A stretch of 35,762 bases of DNA from a virus (lineage: Duplodnaviria > Caudoviricetes). The stretch spans positions 1 through 35,762 of the IMG/VR virus record IMGVR_UViG_3300044259_000246; one strand, written 5' to 3'. Under the pieces are notes generated by a model. It was not told the DNA's origin and did no database searches. It worked only from the letters and a program-made list of their open reading frames with translations. Below, in pieces: positions 15,933-25,872 of the stretch (its first letter is position 1; each line of letters starts with the position of its first letter). The translations under genes were made by a program, and so were the position numbers.

Positions 15933-16262
15933 ATGAGCAAACTAAAACCGTATGGCAGCAAGTGGCAGCGCTCACGCCTTGAATACCTTCGAGCAAATCC
16001 GCTTTGTGTTATGTGCCGTGAAGCTGGTCGATATGAGCCCGCCGTTGTTGTTGACCATATCAAACCTCACAAGATGCATGAGGCCAAGACACCCGCGGAA
16101 ATGGCGACGGCGCAGCGCTTGTTCTGGGACAGGAAGAACTGGCAGGGACTGTGTAACCCACACCACAACTCAACTAAGCAGCGAATGGAGAAGAGCGGTA
16201 AGGTCGTTGGATGTACTGAGGATGGCGTACCGCTGGATACCAACTCGCACTGGTTCAAATGA
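15933..16262 (+). CDS. HNH endonuclease (terminase-associated, HK97 gp74-like)
   Basis: PLCVMC...VVDHIKPH...NWQGLCNPHHN; directly upstream of terS. Confidence 0.9.
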   Translation: MSKLKPYGSKWQRSRLEYLRANPLCVMCREAGRYEPAVVVDHIKPHKMHEAKTPAEMATAQRLFWDRKNWQGLCNPHHNSTKQRMEKSGKVVGCTEDGVPLDTNSHWFK

Positions 16263-16413
16263 GAATGAATATCAAAACAATGAAATGATAATTATTCTCA
16301 ACATTACGAAGGGGAGGGCGGGTCGAGAGTTCAGAGGGTGGACTCTTGAATACCGACCACCGTCATTTTTGTGCACAACCGCGAAATGAAAAGTTTTTTT
16401 CTGGGAGGTTCCG
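16263..16413. other. Probable cos packaging region
   Basis: Intergenic gap between HNH and terS with a G-rich GGGGAGGGCGGGTC motif. The exact cut site was not determined. Confidence 0.5.
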
Positions 16414-16878
16414 ATGGCAGGACGACGCCCGAAACCGACCCACCTTAAAGTGGTGACCGGTAATCCGGGCAAGCGAAAACTTAATAACAAAGAGCCTCTG
16501 CCGGCTCGAGAAATTCCCAGCCCTCCAGCTCATCTCTCTGATTGGGGGAAAACAGCCTGGGGGCGAATGACCGTACTTCTGGATGGCATGGGGGTGTTAA
16601 CGGTAGCAGATGTTTTTGCGCTGGAACGTCTGTGTGACATTTATGCCGATATCCTGCAACTGCGCAATACGATCGCTGATGAGGGAAGAACGTATACGGT
16701 TCAGACTGAGGGCGGGTTTCTTATCAAGGCAAATCCTGCTGTTGCGATGCTGGCTGACGCTGATCGCCGCTTCAAAAGCTATTTAGTGGAATTTGGCCTG
16801 ACGCCAGCGGCGCGATCTAAGGTACATGTTGATGGTGGAGAAAAAGAAGAAGACCCGCTCAACCAGTTCTTCGGTTGA
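16414..16878 (+). CDS. terS: Terminase small subunit (P27 family)
   Basis: GRRPKPT..K...GNPGKR and EFGLTPAARSK motifs. Confidence 0.93.
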   Translation: MAGRRPKPTHLKVVTGNPGKRKLNNKEPLPAREIPSPPAHLSDWGKTAWGRMTVLLDGMGVLTVADVFALERLCDIYADILQLRNTIADEGRTYTVQTEGGFLIKANPAVAMLADADRRFKSYLVEFGLTPAARSKVHVDGGEKEEDPLNQFFG

Positions 16879-18574
16879 TCCAGCCACGCAGTACGCGATG
16901 GATGTAACGTCGGGTAAAGAAATTGCTGGTCCAGATATCCGAAATTCCTGTAAGCGGCATCTTGCCGATCTGGAATCCTGTCATGCCCGTGGGTTGATTT
17001 GGGACGCCGCAGCCGCACAGCGAGCGATCGACTTTTTCGCAAAAGTACTGAAGCTAAACGGCGGTGAACATGAAGGTAAGCCATTCAATCTTCTTTCATG
17101 GCAGTGTTTCATTGTGGGGTCGATATTCGGCTGGAAAAACCATGATAACTATCGTCGATATCGCATGGCGTATGTTGAATCTGGGAAAGGTTCGGGTAAA
17201 TCCCCATTGGCCGCTGGAATAGCGCTTTACTGCCTGGTAGCTGACAAAGAACCGCGTGCTGAGGTATATGCGGCTGCAACGAAAAAAGACCAGGCCATGA
17301 TCCTCTTTCGTGACGCCGTGGCGATGGTTGATCAGTCTCCTGCACTGGCGCAGCGAATTAATAAATCCGGTGGTGCAGGGAAGGAGTGGAACCTGGCCTT
17401 TTTGCAGACCGGTTCTTTTTTCCGACCTATCAGTTCGGATGATGGTCAATCTGGCCCACGCCCACACTGCGCATTAATTGACGAAATCCACGAGCATAAG
17501 AGTAATCAGGTTGTTGAGATGATGCGTGCCGGTACGAAAGGTCGGCGGCAGGCATTGATTTTCATGATTACAAACAGCGGACACGATAAAACTAGTGTTT
17601 GCTATGACTATCACGAGTATGGACGCAAGGTCGCCGATGGCTCGATTGAGGACGACAGTTTCTTTTCGTTTATTTGTTCTCTGGATGATGGCGAAGACCC
17701 GTTCAAAGATGAATCGTGTTGGAAAAAAGCCAATCCATCATTAGGACACACATTCACAGATCGCTATCTCCGCGAGCAGGTGACACAGGCGCGTGGCATG
17801 CCATCGAAAGAAAGCATCGTCAGACGTCTGAATTTCTGTCAGTGGGTTGATGCTGATAATCCGTGGATGAGTAGTGATGTCTGGATGGGATGCGAAGATG
17901 ATTTCGATCTGGATGAATTGCGGGGGGAGGAATGCTACGGCGGTCTTGATCTCTCTGGTTCACGTGACCTTACGTCTCTGGCTTTGTTTTTTCCAAAACA
18001 GCGGAAATTGTTTGTCGAGTTCTGGACACCGAAAGAAACGTTATTAGACAGGGCGAAAACTGACCGTGTTCCGTACGACGCTTGGGAGCGTAAGGGATTC
18101 ATTCATACGACACCAGGTAAGGCTGTTAAATATGGTTTTGTTGCCGAACGAATAGCCGAACTCTCCCTGATGTTTTTTATCCAAGCCATTGCTTTTGACC
18201 AATATCGAATCAAGTATCTGGAGCCTGAACTGGAGCAGGCGTCCGTTTACGTTCCGCTTATTCCTCACGGACAAGGCTATTACAAGGCGCAGGATTCAGG
18301 GCTATGGATGCCACACTCCATAGAGCTGTTTGAACAAGCTCTGGATGACAGCGCAATCATTATCAAAACCAATCCCTGCTTGCGCTGGAATGCAGCATCT
18401 GCGGTAACTGAGGCAGACCAAAAAGAAAACCGCATATTTGCCAAGAAGAAAAGCACGGGGCGCATTGATGGCATTGTGTCTTCAGCGATGGCGATCGGTG
18501 CTGCTGAAGGGTATGAGCCTGATGATGGCGATGTTGAGGGCTTTTTCGATGATCCGATCATAGTGGGTATCTGA
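16826..18574 (+). CDS. terL: Terminase large subunit (start uncertain, alternative ATG at 16898)
   Basis: Walker A GKGSGKS, Walker B LIDEIHEH, nuclease GGLDLS and RIDG motifs. Confidence 0.95.
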   Translation: MLMVEKKKKTRSTSSSVDPATQYAMDVTSGKEIAGPDIRNSCKRHLADLESCHARGLIWDAAAAQRAIDFFAKVLKLNGGEHEGKPFNLLSWQCFIVGSIFGWKNHDNYRRYRMAYVESGKGSGKSPLAAGIALYCLVADKEPRAEVYAAATKKDQAMILFRDAVAMVDQSPALAQRINKSGGAGKEWNLAFLQTGSFFRPISSDDGQSGPRPHCALIDEIHEHKSNQVVEMMRAGTKGRRQALIFMITNSGHDKTSVCYDYHEYGRKVADGSIEDDSFFSFICSLDDGEDPFKDESCWKKANPSLGHTFTDRYLREQVTQARGMPSKESIVRRLNFCQWVDADNPWMSSDVWMGCEDDFDLDELRGEECYGGLDLSGSRDLTSLALFFPKQRKLFVEFWTPKETLLDRAKTDRVPYDAWERKGFIHTTPGKAVKYGFVAERIAELSLMFFIQAIAFDQYRIKYLEPELEQASVYVPLIPHGQGYYKAQDSGLWMPHSIELFEQALDDSAIIIKTNPCLRWNAASAVTEADQKENRIFAKKKSTGRIDGIVSSAMAIGAAEGYEPDDGDVEGFFDDPIIVGI

Positions 18575-19878
18575 TGGCTAAGAATAAACAACCAGGGCGC
18601 GTAAAAAGCGCCCTTTTAAATTGGCTGGGCGTGCCAATCAGCCTGACGAACGGGACATTCTGGCAGGAATGGTTCGGCACCAGTAGCAGTGGTAAAACCG
18701 TTACAGCAGATAAAATCATGAGGTTGTCAGCGGTCTGGGCGTGCGTTCGGCTGTTAAGTGAATCGGTTTCAACACTACCGCTGAAAATTTATGAGCGTCA
18801 GCCTGACGGTTCACGAAAACTGGCTCAGGGAAATGTGGCTTATCAGGTGCTGTGTCGCCGCCCCAATCCGGAAATGACGCCATCGCGCTTTATGCTGCTG
18901 GTGGTTGCCAGTATCTGTTTACGCGGTAACGCGTTCGTTGAAAAGTTTTTCATAGGAAGCAAGCTTGTCTCTCTGGTTCCGCTATTACCCCAGAACATGG
19001 TGGTAAAGCGGCTGGATACTGGCCGATTACAGTATACCTACACGGAAAACGGCAAGCAGCGAGATATATCCCCAGAGCGTTTGATGCATATTCGCGGGTT
19101 CGGGCTGGATGGGGTGTGCGGCATGATGCCAACGATGGCGGGTGTCGATGTGTTTGGTGCTGCTATGTCGGTTGATGAAGCGGCCGCAAAGATTTTTGAG
19201 AACGGGTTACAAAGTACGGGATTCCTGTCATCAAAAACGGCACTGAATAAAGAGCAGCGTGATCGCCTACGTAAAAATCTGAACGCATTTATCGGTTCAA
19301 AAAATGCCGGGAAGTTAATGGTTCTGGAAAATGAACTGACTTATCAGAATGTCACGATGAATCCAGAAGCCGCCCAACTTCTTGAAAGCCGCTCTTTCAG
19401 CATCGAAGAGATTTGCCGCTGGTTTCGTGTGCCGCCGTTTATGGTCGGACACACGACAAAACAAAGCAGTTGGGCGTCCTCACTGGAGGGGATGAACCTG
19501 CTGTTTCTCACCCATACACTGCGCCCACTTCTTGTAAATATTGAGCAGGAAATTTCCCGCTGTTTGCTGAATGGGGATGAAGACCTGTTTGCTGAGTTCT
19601 CTGTAGAGGGGTTACTACGTGCAGATAGTGCAGGCCGTGCAGCGTACTATACGAGCGCGCTGCAAAATGGATGGATGTCCCGTAATGACGTTCGTCGTCT
19701 GGAGAATTTACCTCCAATTGAAGGCGGCGATATCTATACCGTTCAGTTGAACCTGACCCCGCTAGAAGATTTGAGAAACGGGAATCTGGCGACTCAGGCT
19801 CTGGCATTGCGACAACTTCATAGCCACGTATTCCCCGACATTCCCTTCGAACAATCGCCGCTTAAACAGGCTGCGTAG
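18574..19878 (+). CDS. Portal protein (HK97 family)
   Basis: AVWACVRLLSESVSTLPL, EEICRWFRVPP and NDVRRLENLPP motifs. Confidence 0.95.
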   Translation: MAKNKQPGRVKSALLNWLGVPISLTNGTFWQEWFGTSSSGKTVTADKIMRLSAVWACVRLLSESVSTLPLKIYERQPDGSRKLAQGNVAYQVLCRRPNPEMTPSRFMLLVVASICLRGNAFVEKFFIGSKLVSLVPLLPQNMVVKRLDTGRLQYTYTENGKQRDISPERLMHIRGFGLDGVCGMMPTMAGVDVFGAAMSVDEAAAKIFENGLQSTGFLSSKTALNKEQRDRLRKNLNAFIGSKNAGKLMVLENELTYQNVTMNPEAAQLLESRSFSIEEICRWFRVPPFMVGHTTKQSSWASSLEGMNLLFLTHTLRPLLVNIEQEISRCLLNGDEDLFAEFSVEGLLRADSAGRAAYYTSALQNGWMSRNDVRRLENLPPIEGGDIYTVQLNLTPLEDLRNGNLATQALALRQLHSHVFPDIPFEQSPLKQAA

Positions 19879-19890
19879 GAGCTATTTTCC

Positions 19891-20742
19891 ATGACAAAAA
19901 AACAACTTCCGGCAGCGCCGGTGGGTCGCCCCTGCGCGGGAATTACCTGTGAGCCGTTGCCATCCGCACTGGAACGCTGGAATGGAGGCATTCGAGCGGC
20001 TGCAAGTAATGACAACAGCATCTCTGTGTTTGATGTGATCGGACGTGATTACTGGGATGAGGGCGTTACAGCAAAACGTATTGCGGGTGCGTTGCGGTCA
20101 ATGAATGGCGCTGATGTCACCGTAAACATTAATTCCCCTGGTGGGGATATGTTTGAAGGTCTGGCGATTTACAACCTGCTACGCGAATACGAAGGGAAAG
20201 TAACAGTGAAAGTGCTGGGTATTGCTGCCAGTGCCGCATCTGTTATTGCAATGGCGGGCGATGAGGTACAGATAGGTCGCGGTGCTTTTTTAATGATTCA
20301 TAACTGCTGGATTGTCGCGATGGGTAATCGTCACGACTTTGCTGAGTTGGCTGACTATTTAAAGCCATTTGATAGCGCTATGGCGGATATCTATGCAGCG
20401 CGTTCTGGTCTGGATGTCGACACCATATCGAAGTTGATGGATGCAGAAAGCTATATCGGTGGAAGTGATGCGGTGGATAAAGGTCTGGCTGACAGCCTTC
20501 TTTCTGCTGACGCGGTTTCTGACGGTGATGATTCTCCCGCCGCCGCACTGCGCAAATTAGATGCTCTTCTGGCAAAGGCTAATACGCCACGCTCAGAGCG
20601 TCGCCGTCTTATCAAATCTTTAACGGGTGGTACGCCTGGCGCTACCCCTGGCAACGAAAGCACGCCAAGCGCTGCTGAAATCAAACCTGAAACTCTTGCC
20701 AATCTGGATGCCGCATTAAGCGGCCTGGTATCGGCGTGCTAA
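19891..20742 (+). CDS. Prohead maturation protease (ClpP-like)
   Basis: INSPGGD, GIAASAASVIAMAG and LMIHN motifs. Confidence 0.93.
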   Translation: MTKKQLPAAPVGRPCAGITCEPLPSALERWNGGIRAAASNDNSISVFDVIGRDYWDEGVTAKRIAGALRSMNGADVTVNINSPGGDMFEGLAIYNLLREYEGKVTVKVLGIAASAASVIAMAGDEVQIGRGAFLMIHNCWIVAMGNRHDFAELADYLKPFDSAMADIYAARSGLDVDTISKLMDAESYIGGSDAVDKGLADSLLSADAVSDGDDSPAAALRKLDALLAKANTPRSERRRLIKSLTGGTPGATPGNESTPSAAEIKPETLANLDAALSGLVSAC

Positions 20743-20757
20743 TCATCTGGAGATATT

Positions 20758-21975
20758 ATGTCTGAAGTAAACGATATTCTAAAAAAGGTCACTGCCAGCA
20801 TTGAAGAAGCGACTGGAAAATTCAATGCAAAGGCTGAGGAAGCGCTGGGTGAGGCGAAAAAATCCGGCAAATTGTCAGAAGAGACTAAAGCGGCCGTTGA
20901 CAAGATGACCTCTGAATTTAACGCACTGGTGGCCGCTGAAAAAACGCTGAAGGCTGCGCTGGGGGAGTTGGAGCAGCATGTAGCACAGATGCCGCTTGCG
21001 AATGCGAAACAGGTTATCGAATCCGTCGGTCAGCAAGTGATTTCTGCTGAAGCCCTGAAAACTTTTGCTGCCAGCGTGGCTGCAAGCCAGCGTTTATCTA
21101 TTCCGGTGAAAGCCGCGATGATTTCCAGCGATGTTCCGGGGAATATTGTTGCACCGGATCGTTTACCCGGTATTGATACCGCACCAAAACAACGCCTGTT
21201 TATTCGTGATCTAATCGCACCAGGCACAACGGCTTCTAACACCATTTACTGGGTACAACAAACCGGCTTCACGAATAATGCTGCTGCTGTGGCGGAAAAT
21301 ACAACGAAACCATACAGCAATATTGAGTTTGAAGAAAAAATAACCCCAGTACGCACGATTGCGCACCTGTTTAAGGCTTCTAAACAGATTCTGGATGACT
21401 TTGCTCAATTACAGTCACAGGTCGATGCGGAAATGCGCTATGGACTGAAATATGTGGAAGAGCAGGAGATTCTTTTCGGGGATGGGACCGGGGTGCATCT
21501 GGAAGGCATCATCCCGCAGGCGTCAGCATACAGCGCTGCTTTTCAGGTCGAAAAACAGAACGGTATTGACGATTTGCGCCTGGCTATGTTGCAGGCACAG
21601 TTGGCGCGTTTCCCTGCCTCTGGGCATGTCCTGCATTTCATTGACTGGGCAAAAATCGAACTGACTAAAGACTCTCTGGGTCGTTATATCCTCGCAAACC
21701 CTGCTGCGCTTACTGGGCCTACTTTGTGGGGGCTTCCGGTTGTCGCTACCGAAGCCACTGCATTCCAGGGGAAATTCCTGACGGGGGCGTTTAGCGCGGG
21801 CGCGCAGGTATTTGATCGTGAAGAAACGAATGTTGTTATCTCTACCGAGAACGCCGACGACTTCGAGAAAAACATGATCACAATTCGTTGTGAAGAGCGG
21901 CTGGCACTGGCAGTTAAACGCCCTGAAGCCTTTGTTTATGGCTCGTTCACAGTGCCTGCTGGTAACGGTGGCTAA
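20758..21975 (+). CDS. Major capsid protein (HK97 fold)
   Basis: N-terminal coiled-coil delta domain; EEQEILFGDGTG, LWGLPVV and RCEERLAL motifs; terminator at 21993-22015. Confidence 0.95.
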   Translation: MSEVNDILKKVTASIEEATGKFNAKAEEALGEAKKSGKLSEETKAAVDKMTSEFNALVAAEKTLKAALGELEQHVAQMPLANAKQVIESVGQQVISAEALKTFAASVAASQRLSIPVKAAMISSDVPGNIVAPDRLPGIDTAPKQRLFIRDLIAPGTTASNTIYWVQQTGFTNNAAAVAENTTKPYSNIEFEEKITPVRTIAHLFKASKQILDDFAQLQSQVDAEMRYGLKYVEEQEILFGDGTGVHLEGIIPQASAYSAAFQVEKQNGIDDLRLAMLQAQLARFPASGHVLHFIDWAKIELTKDSLGRYILANPAALTGPTLWGLPVVATEATAFQGKFLTGAFSAGAQVFDREETNVVISTENADDFEKNMITIRCEERLALAVKRPEAFVYGSFTVPAGNGG

Positions 21976-22025
21976 TCCGATCCTCTTTGTGTAGCGACCT
22001 GCGGGTCGCTTTTTTGGGAGCCAGT

Positions 22026-22256
22026 ATGAAACTTATCGCTATTAAGCCTATTTATCTCGACGGCGTAGTCGTTGTGGAAGGTACGGAGTTTGAAACACGG
22101 GAGCAGCATGGCCGCGAGCTACTTAAAAAAGGCTATGCAAAAGAAATCACCGTGGACAATCTTGCAGAGCAGCCAGAGCAGCCAGAGCAGCCAGAGCAGC
22201 CAGAGCAGCCAGAGCGGCCAGAGCAGCCAGAGCAGCCCAAAAAGGCTAAAAAATAA
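22026..22256 (+). CDS. Small head-associated protein with EQP repeat tail
   Basis: GGGAG RBS, MKLIAIKPIY start; lies between capsid and connector genes. Confidence 0.75.
   Translation: MKLIAIKPIYLDGVVVVEGTEFETREQHGRELLKKGYAKEITVDNLAEQPEQPEQPEQPEQPERPEQPEQPKKAKK
22167..22238 (+). repeat. 9-bp coding VNTR (GAGCAGCCA) x8
   Basis: Direct reading; encodes (EQP)5-ERP-(EQP)2. Confidence 0.95.
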
Positions 22257-22264
22257 GGGTTATC

Positions 22265-22588
22265 ATGCTGGATATCGACTTGGTTAAACAGCATTGCCGC
22301 GTCGAATCCGGCAATGATGACGATACGCTATTGAATGCGTACATCACTGCTGCGGAAAGGTATGTCGAGACATTCACTCGCCGTAAACTTTACGAAAATG
22401 CAGCAGCGGAAGGTTACGCAGAGGATGACGATCATCTTCTCCCAACAGAGGATGTTCAGGTAGCAATGCTGTTATTGATTGGTCACTGGTACGAAAACCG
22501 TGAGGCTGTAAATATTGGAAATATAACCAGTGAAATACCTTTCGCGACCGAATCTCTGTTGCAGCCATACCGTATTTACGGACTGTGA
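22265..22588 (+). CDS. Head-tail connector (HK97 gp6-like)
   Basis: VKQHCRV..DDD.L...AMLLLIGHWYENRE motif. Confidence 0.92.
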   Translation: MLDIDLVKQHCRVESGNDDDTLLNAYITAAERYVETFTRRKLYENAAAEGYAEDDDHLLPTEDVQVAMLLLIGHWYENREAVNIGNITSEIPFATESLLQPYRIYGL

Positions 22589-22594
22589 GGCGCT

Positions 22595-22936
22595 ATGAAA
22601 ATAGGACGGCTGCGACACCGCGTCACAATCCAGATTTTCACTACGATCCGCGATGCTGGCGGACAACCCATTGAGACCTGGAGCGATGGCGCTACAGTGT
22701 GGGCTGAAGTTTCTCCGATCAGTGGCCGTGAGCTAGTGGCTTCCGGTGCGGTATCTGCTGAAGCGACGATCCGGGTGTGGATGCGGTTTCGTCGTGATGT
22801 GTCTGCGGCGTCCCGTCTACTGTGTCTCAATGGCCCATTCAAGGGACTGACGCTTGATATCATTGGTCCGCCAATTCCAGACGGCAAATGCACGCGGCTG
22901 GAAATACTGTGCAAGCAGGGGGTGAAACGTGATTGA
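22595..22936 (+). CDS. Head closure protein (SPP1 gp16-like)
   Basis: GRLRHRVTIQ...VWAEV.PISGRE motif. Confidence 0.9.
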   Translation: MKIGRLRHRVTIQIFTTIRDAGGQPIETWSDGATVWAEVSPISGRELVASGAVSAEATIRVWMRFRRDVSAASRLLCLNGPFKGLTLDIIGPPIPDGKCTRLEILCKQGVKRD

Positions 22937-23378
22937 TTTTGGCCTCGACTTTTCCGGCTTGAGCGATATTGCCAAAGATTTGGAAAAACTTAGTCGGGCA
23001 GAAAACAACAAGGTGCTGCGTGATGCGACTCGTGCCGGTGCTGATGTGTTGAAAGAGGAAGTTATCGCTAACGCCCCAGCACGCACTGGCAAAATGCGTA
23101 AAAACGTTGTGGTAGTGACGCAAAAGTCACGACGAAATGGGGAAATCTCATCCGGTGTGCACATTCGCGGCGTTAATCCCAAAACGGGTAACAGCGACAA
23201 TAAAATGAAGGCCAGTAACCCGCGTAATGCGTTCTACTGGCGTTTTGTTGAAATGGGGACGGTAAACATGCCCGCTCACCCGTTTGTTCGCCCTGCATTT
23301 GACACGCGACAGGAGGAGGCCGCTAACGCCGCTATAGCACGCGCCAATCACGCTATTGATGAGGTGCTGAGAAAATGA
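22929..23378 (+). CDS. HK97 gp10-family tail morphogenesis protein
   Basis: AFYWRFVEMGT..MPAHPFVRPA motif. Confidence 0.9.
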   Translation: MIDFGLDFSGLSDIAKDLEKLSRAENNKVLRDATRAGADVLKEEVIANAPARTGKMRKNVVVVTQKSRRNGEISSGVHIRGVNPKTGNSDNKMKASNPRNAFYWRFVEMGTVNMPAHPFVRPAFDTRQEEAANAAIARANHAIDEVLRK

Positions 23379-23722
23379 CGGAAACCGATATTTACCCGTT
23401 AATTTCTACGCTGGCTGGCGGTAATGTTTATCCTTACATCATTCCGCTAAACGCCGAAGGAGAGCCAGCCATTTCCCCGCCGTGGGTGGTGTTCTCGTTC
23501 GTGTCTCAGCCGTCCGCTGATGTGTTGTGTGGCCCAGCAGAAACAACATCATCCGTTCAGTTTGACGTGTACGCGAAAACCATCGCACAGGCGCGTGAGA
23601 TTTGCGGCGAGGTCATAGATGCATTATCGCCATTATCTCCAGGCAACCAGATGCTGACGCATGGGCATGACTCTGACACAGGATTGTACCGATCAACAGC
23701 AGAACTCCAGTTCATCGACTAA
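23375..23722 (+). CDS. Tail terminator / completion protein (DUF3168-like)
   Basis: Gene position; PPWVVF...VQFDVYA; terminator at 23743-23764. Confidence 0.8.
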   Translation: MTETDIYPLISTLAGGNVYPYIIPLNAEGEPAISPPWVVFSFVSQPSADVLCGPAETTSSVQFDVYAKTIAQAREICGEVIDALSPLSPGNQMLTHGHDSDTGLYRSTAELQFID

Positions 23723-23778
23723 CCCCACGTAATCATTATCCCAACCCGCTACGGCGGGTTTTTTATTTGGAGACGACT

Positions 23779-24480
23779 ATGTCCGCAAAATATGAAAAAT
23801 CGCAAGGCACGAAGATTTCTATCACGTCACTACCAGCAATTCTCTCAACGCTAGCTTCGGCTACGTGGCTGTCTTTATCCTGTTCGTTAAAAGAAACGCA
23901 ATATACTGCTGGGCAGAAAAACGATATTGACGTGACCGTTTTATGTTCCGATGAAACTGAGAATATCAATGGATTGGCCGCTCAGTCTGAAATTACGTTC
24001 AACGGTAACTTTTACCCAGATGAAGCGCAAAACGCATTGCGTACAGCGTACGACAATGACGATACGTACGGATTTAAAGTGGTTTTCCCGTCTGGTAACG
24101 GCTTTCTGTTTATTGCAGAAGTTCGCCAGCATACCTGGTCTGCAGGAACCAATGGTGTTGTTGCTGCGACATTCTCATTGCGAATGAAAGGGAAGCCCAT
24201 CAAGATCACACCACTCACTTTGGTTACAGACCTGAATGAAACCTTGTCAGTTGCTGCTGGTTCAGCGCTGACAATGTCTGTTGATGTTGCGGGCGGCACC
24301 GAGCCATATACGTATAAGTGGCTTAAGGGGTTAGTTGTTATCAGCGGGCAAACAACCGCAACGTTTAATAAAGCCAGTGCGGTATCGGGTGATGCTGGTG
24401 ATTATACTTGCGAAATCACCGACGCTGCGACCCCACCAAACACGATCACCTCTGCAACTTGCACTGTAACGATTAGCTAA
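23779..24480 (+). CDS. Major tail tube protein with C-terminal Ig-like domain
   Basis: MSAKYEKSQGTK..DIDVTVLCS; Ig motif GGTEPYTYKW...DAGDYTCEITD. Confidence 0.9.
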   Translation: MSAKYEKSQGTKISITSLPAILSTLASATWLSLSCSLKETQYTAGQKNDIDVTVLCSDETENINGLAAQSEITFNGNFYPDEAQNALRTAYDNDDTYGFKVVFPSGNGFLFIAEVRQHTWSAGTNGVVAATFSLRMKGKPIKITPLTLVTDLNETLSVAAGSALTMSVDVAGGTEPYTYKWLKGLVVISGQTTATFNKASAVSGDAGDYTCEITDAATPPNTITSATCTVTIS

Positions 24481-24497
24481 TCTGGAGCAACAAAATC

Positions 24498-24872
24498 GTG
24501 GAAAAGAAAAATATTAAATCGCTGGCGTTAGCGCCGGGCGCGGGTTTTCTCACGAAGTCTATCGAGGTGCCGGAGTGGGAAGGGGTGAAAGTCACGCTAC
24601 GTGAACCATCAGCTGAAGCGTGGTTGCGCTGGCAGGATGCGGTAAAAACTGACGATGACAGTGAATCTCTCTCTCTGTCAGAGCGCGCCCGCCGTAATCT
24701 TCACGCTGATGTCACATTATTTATCGATATTCTGCGTGATGAGGATGGTGAGCCTGTGTTCTCAGTCGATGAGATCGAAGAAGTGGAGCACGCCTACGGT
24801 CCGGTGCATAGCAGATTGTTACGTCAGGCGCTGGATATCATCAACGATACCGAGATCGCCAAAAAAAAGTAG
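24498..24872 (+). CDS. Tail assembly chaperone (G-like)
   Basis: VPEWEGVKVTLREPS..YGPVHSRLLRQA; ends in a slippery A-run. Confidence 0.88.
   Translation: MEKKNIKSLALAPGAGFLTKSIEVPEWEGVKVTLREPSAEAWLRWQDAVKTDDDSESLSLSERARRNLHADVTLFIDILRDEDGEPVFSVDEIEEVEHAYGPVHSRLLRQALDIINDTEIAKKK
24861..24872 (+). other. Programmed -1 frameshift site A AAA AAG
   Basis: GCC AAA AAA AAG TAG; the -1 frame reads K-V-A-Q-P-G-M-Q-F-L, continuous with the ORF at 24884. Confidence 0.85.
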
Positions 24873-24883
24873 CGCAGCCGGGA

Positions 24884-25171
24884 ATGCAGTTTTTGATGGC
24901 GCTGTCGCTCAGGATGGGGCGCACGCTGTCAGAACTGCGTCAGGAAATGACGGCCAGTGAACTGAGGATGTGGATTGAGTACGACAAAATTTCTCCGATC
25001 GGTGATATGCGAGGCGACATTCAGGCAGCACAGATTGTCAGTGCTGTATATGGCGCTCAGGGCGTAAAAGTTCCGCTTACTGATGCCACGCTGAACTGGT
25101 CAGGGAAGAAGGAAGAGGAGGCCGATCCCTTTGGCAATCTGGAAGCATTTCTTTCGCAAGCAGCGGGTTAA
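24884..25171 (+). CDS. Tail assembly chaperone T portion (expressed as a GT fusion)
   Basis: FLMALSLRMGRTLSEL...SPIGD.RGDIQAAQI; in the -1 frame of G. Confidence 0.82.
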   Translation: MQFLMALSLRMGRTLSELRQEMTASELRMWIEYDKISPIGDMRGDIQAAQIVSAVYGAQGVKVPLTDATLNWSGKKEEEADPFGNLEAFLSQAAG

Positions 25172-25424
25172 GGCGCATCCCTGCGCCGCAAACATTACCT
25201 AACTGCGCGCGCTATTCTATCCGTCCAGAGAATGAGGCTACGAGCTCGATAACCGACTAACCCGTTTAAATCGGGTCTGTTCTTAAATTCTTTTCATTCC
25301 TGATTGGTTAGCTTGAAGTAATGCTTTCCGCAAATAAAGCGCTGTGCATTATTGAGGTAGTTGTCGGAAATGTAAAATTTACATGCTAGGATGTTTCCGA
25401 TAGCAATCATAAGGAAACATTAAC

Positions 25425-25781
25425 ATGAAAAAAGTTTTGGCCATTGCGCTAGGAGCGCTATTATTGTCTGGATGTACCGTTCGTGTCGCCGATCTCACCG
25501 TGGCGAGCACTAAAAATTACAACCTCAACGGCGCTAAATTCGTAAAGGGTGCGCGGGTTAGTGCTGAGGACAGTTACCCAGTCATTATCTTCCCGATGGG
25601 TATCCCCAACGTCAAAACAGCCGCAGATCGAGCCATCGAGAAGAACCGGTGCGCGGTTGGATTGTCAGACGTTGTTGTAACACAACTTAACCATTCCTTC
25701 CTATTCGGTAAAATCGGCCTGCGTGTTGACGGTGACTTGATTATTGATCGCAGCCTGCCGGGTTGCGAGAATGCGAGTTAA
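25425..25781 (+). CDS. Moron lipoprotein
   Basis: Lipobox LLSG-C; AAGGA RBS; TG-n-TAGGAT extended -10 (25384-25392); terminator AACCCTC-TTCG-GAGGGTTTTTT at 25832-25853. Confidence 0.85.
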   Translation: MKKVLAIALGALLLSGCTVRVADLTVASTKNYNLNGAKFVKGARVSAEDSYPVIIFPMGIPNVKTAADRAIEKNRCAVGLSDVVVTQLNHSFLFGKIGLRVDGDLIIDRSLPGCENAS

Positions 25782-25872
25782 AAGAATCGTCCACCTACGT
25801 TTCTAAGCTTCCTGTACGGCAGTGAACCAATAACCCTCTTCGGAGGGTTTTTTATTATCTGGATAAAATAAA

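Noticed and set aside
15933-16262. HNH as a homing or mobile element
   Set aside because: Size and position next to terS fit the standard packaging-associated HNH.
25172-25340. Hidden gene between the tail chaperone and the moron
   Set aside because: The minus-strand ATG frames I checked give only very short peptides, and the ORF track shows nothing here.
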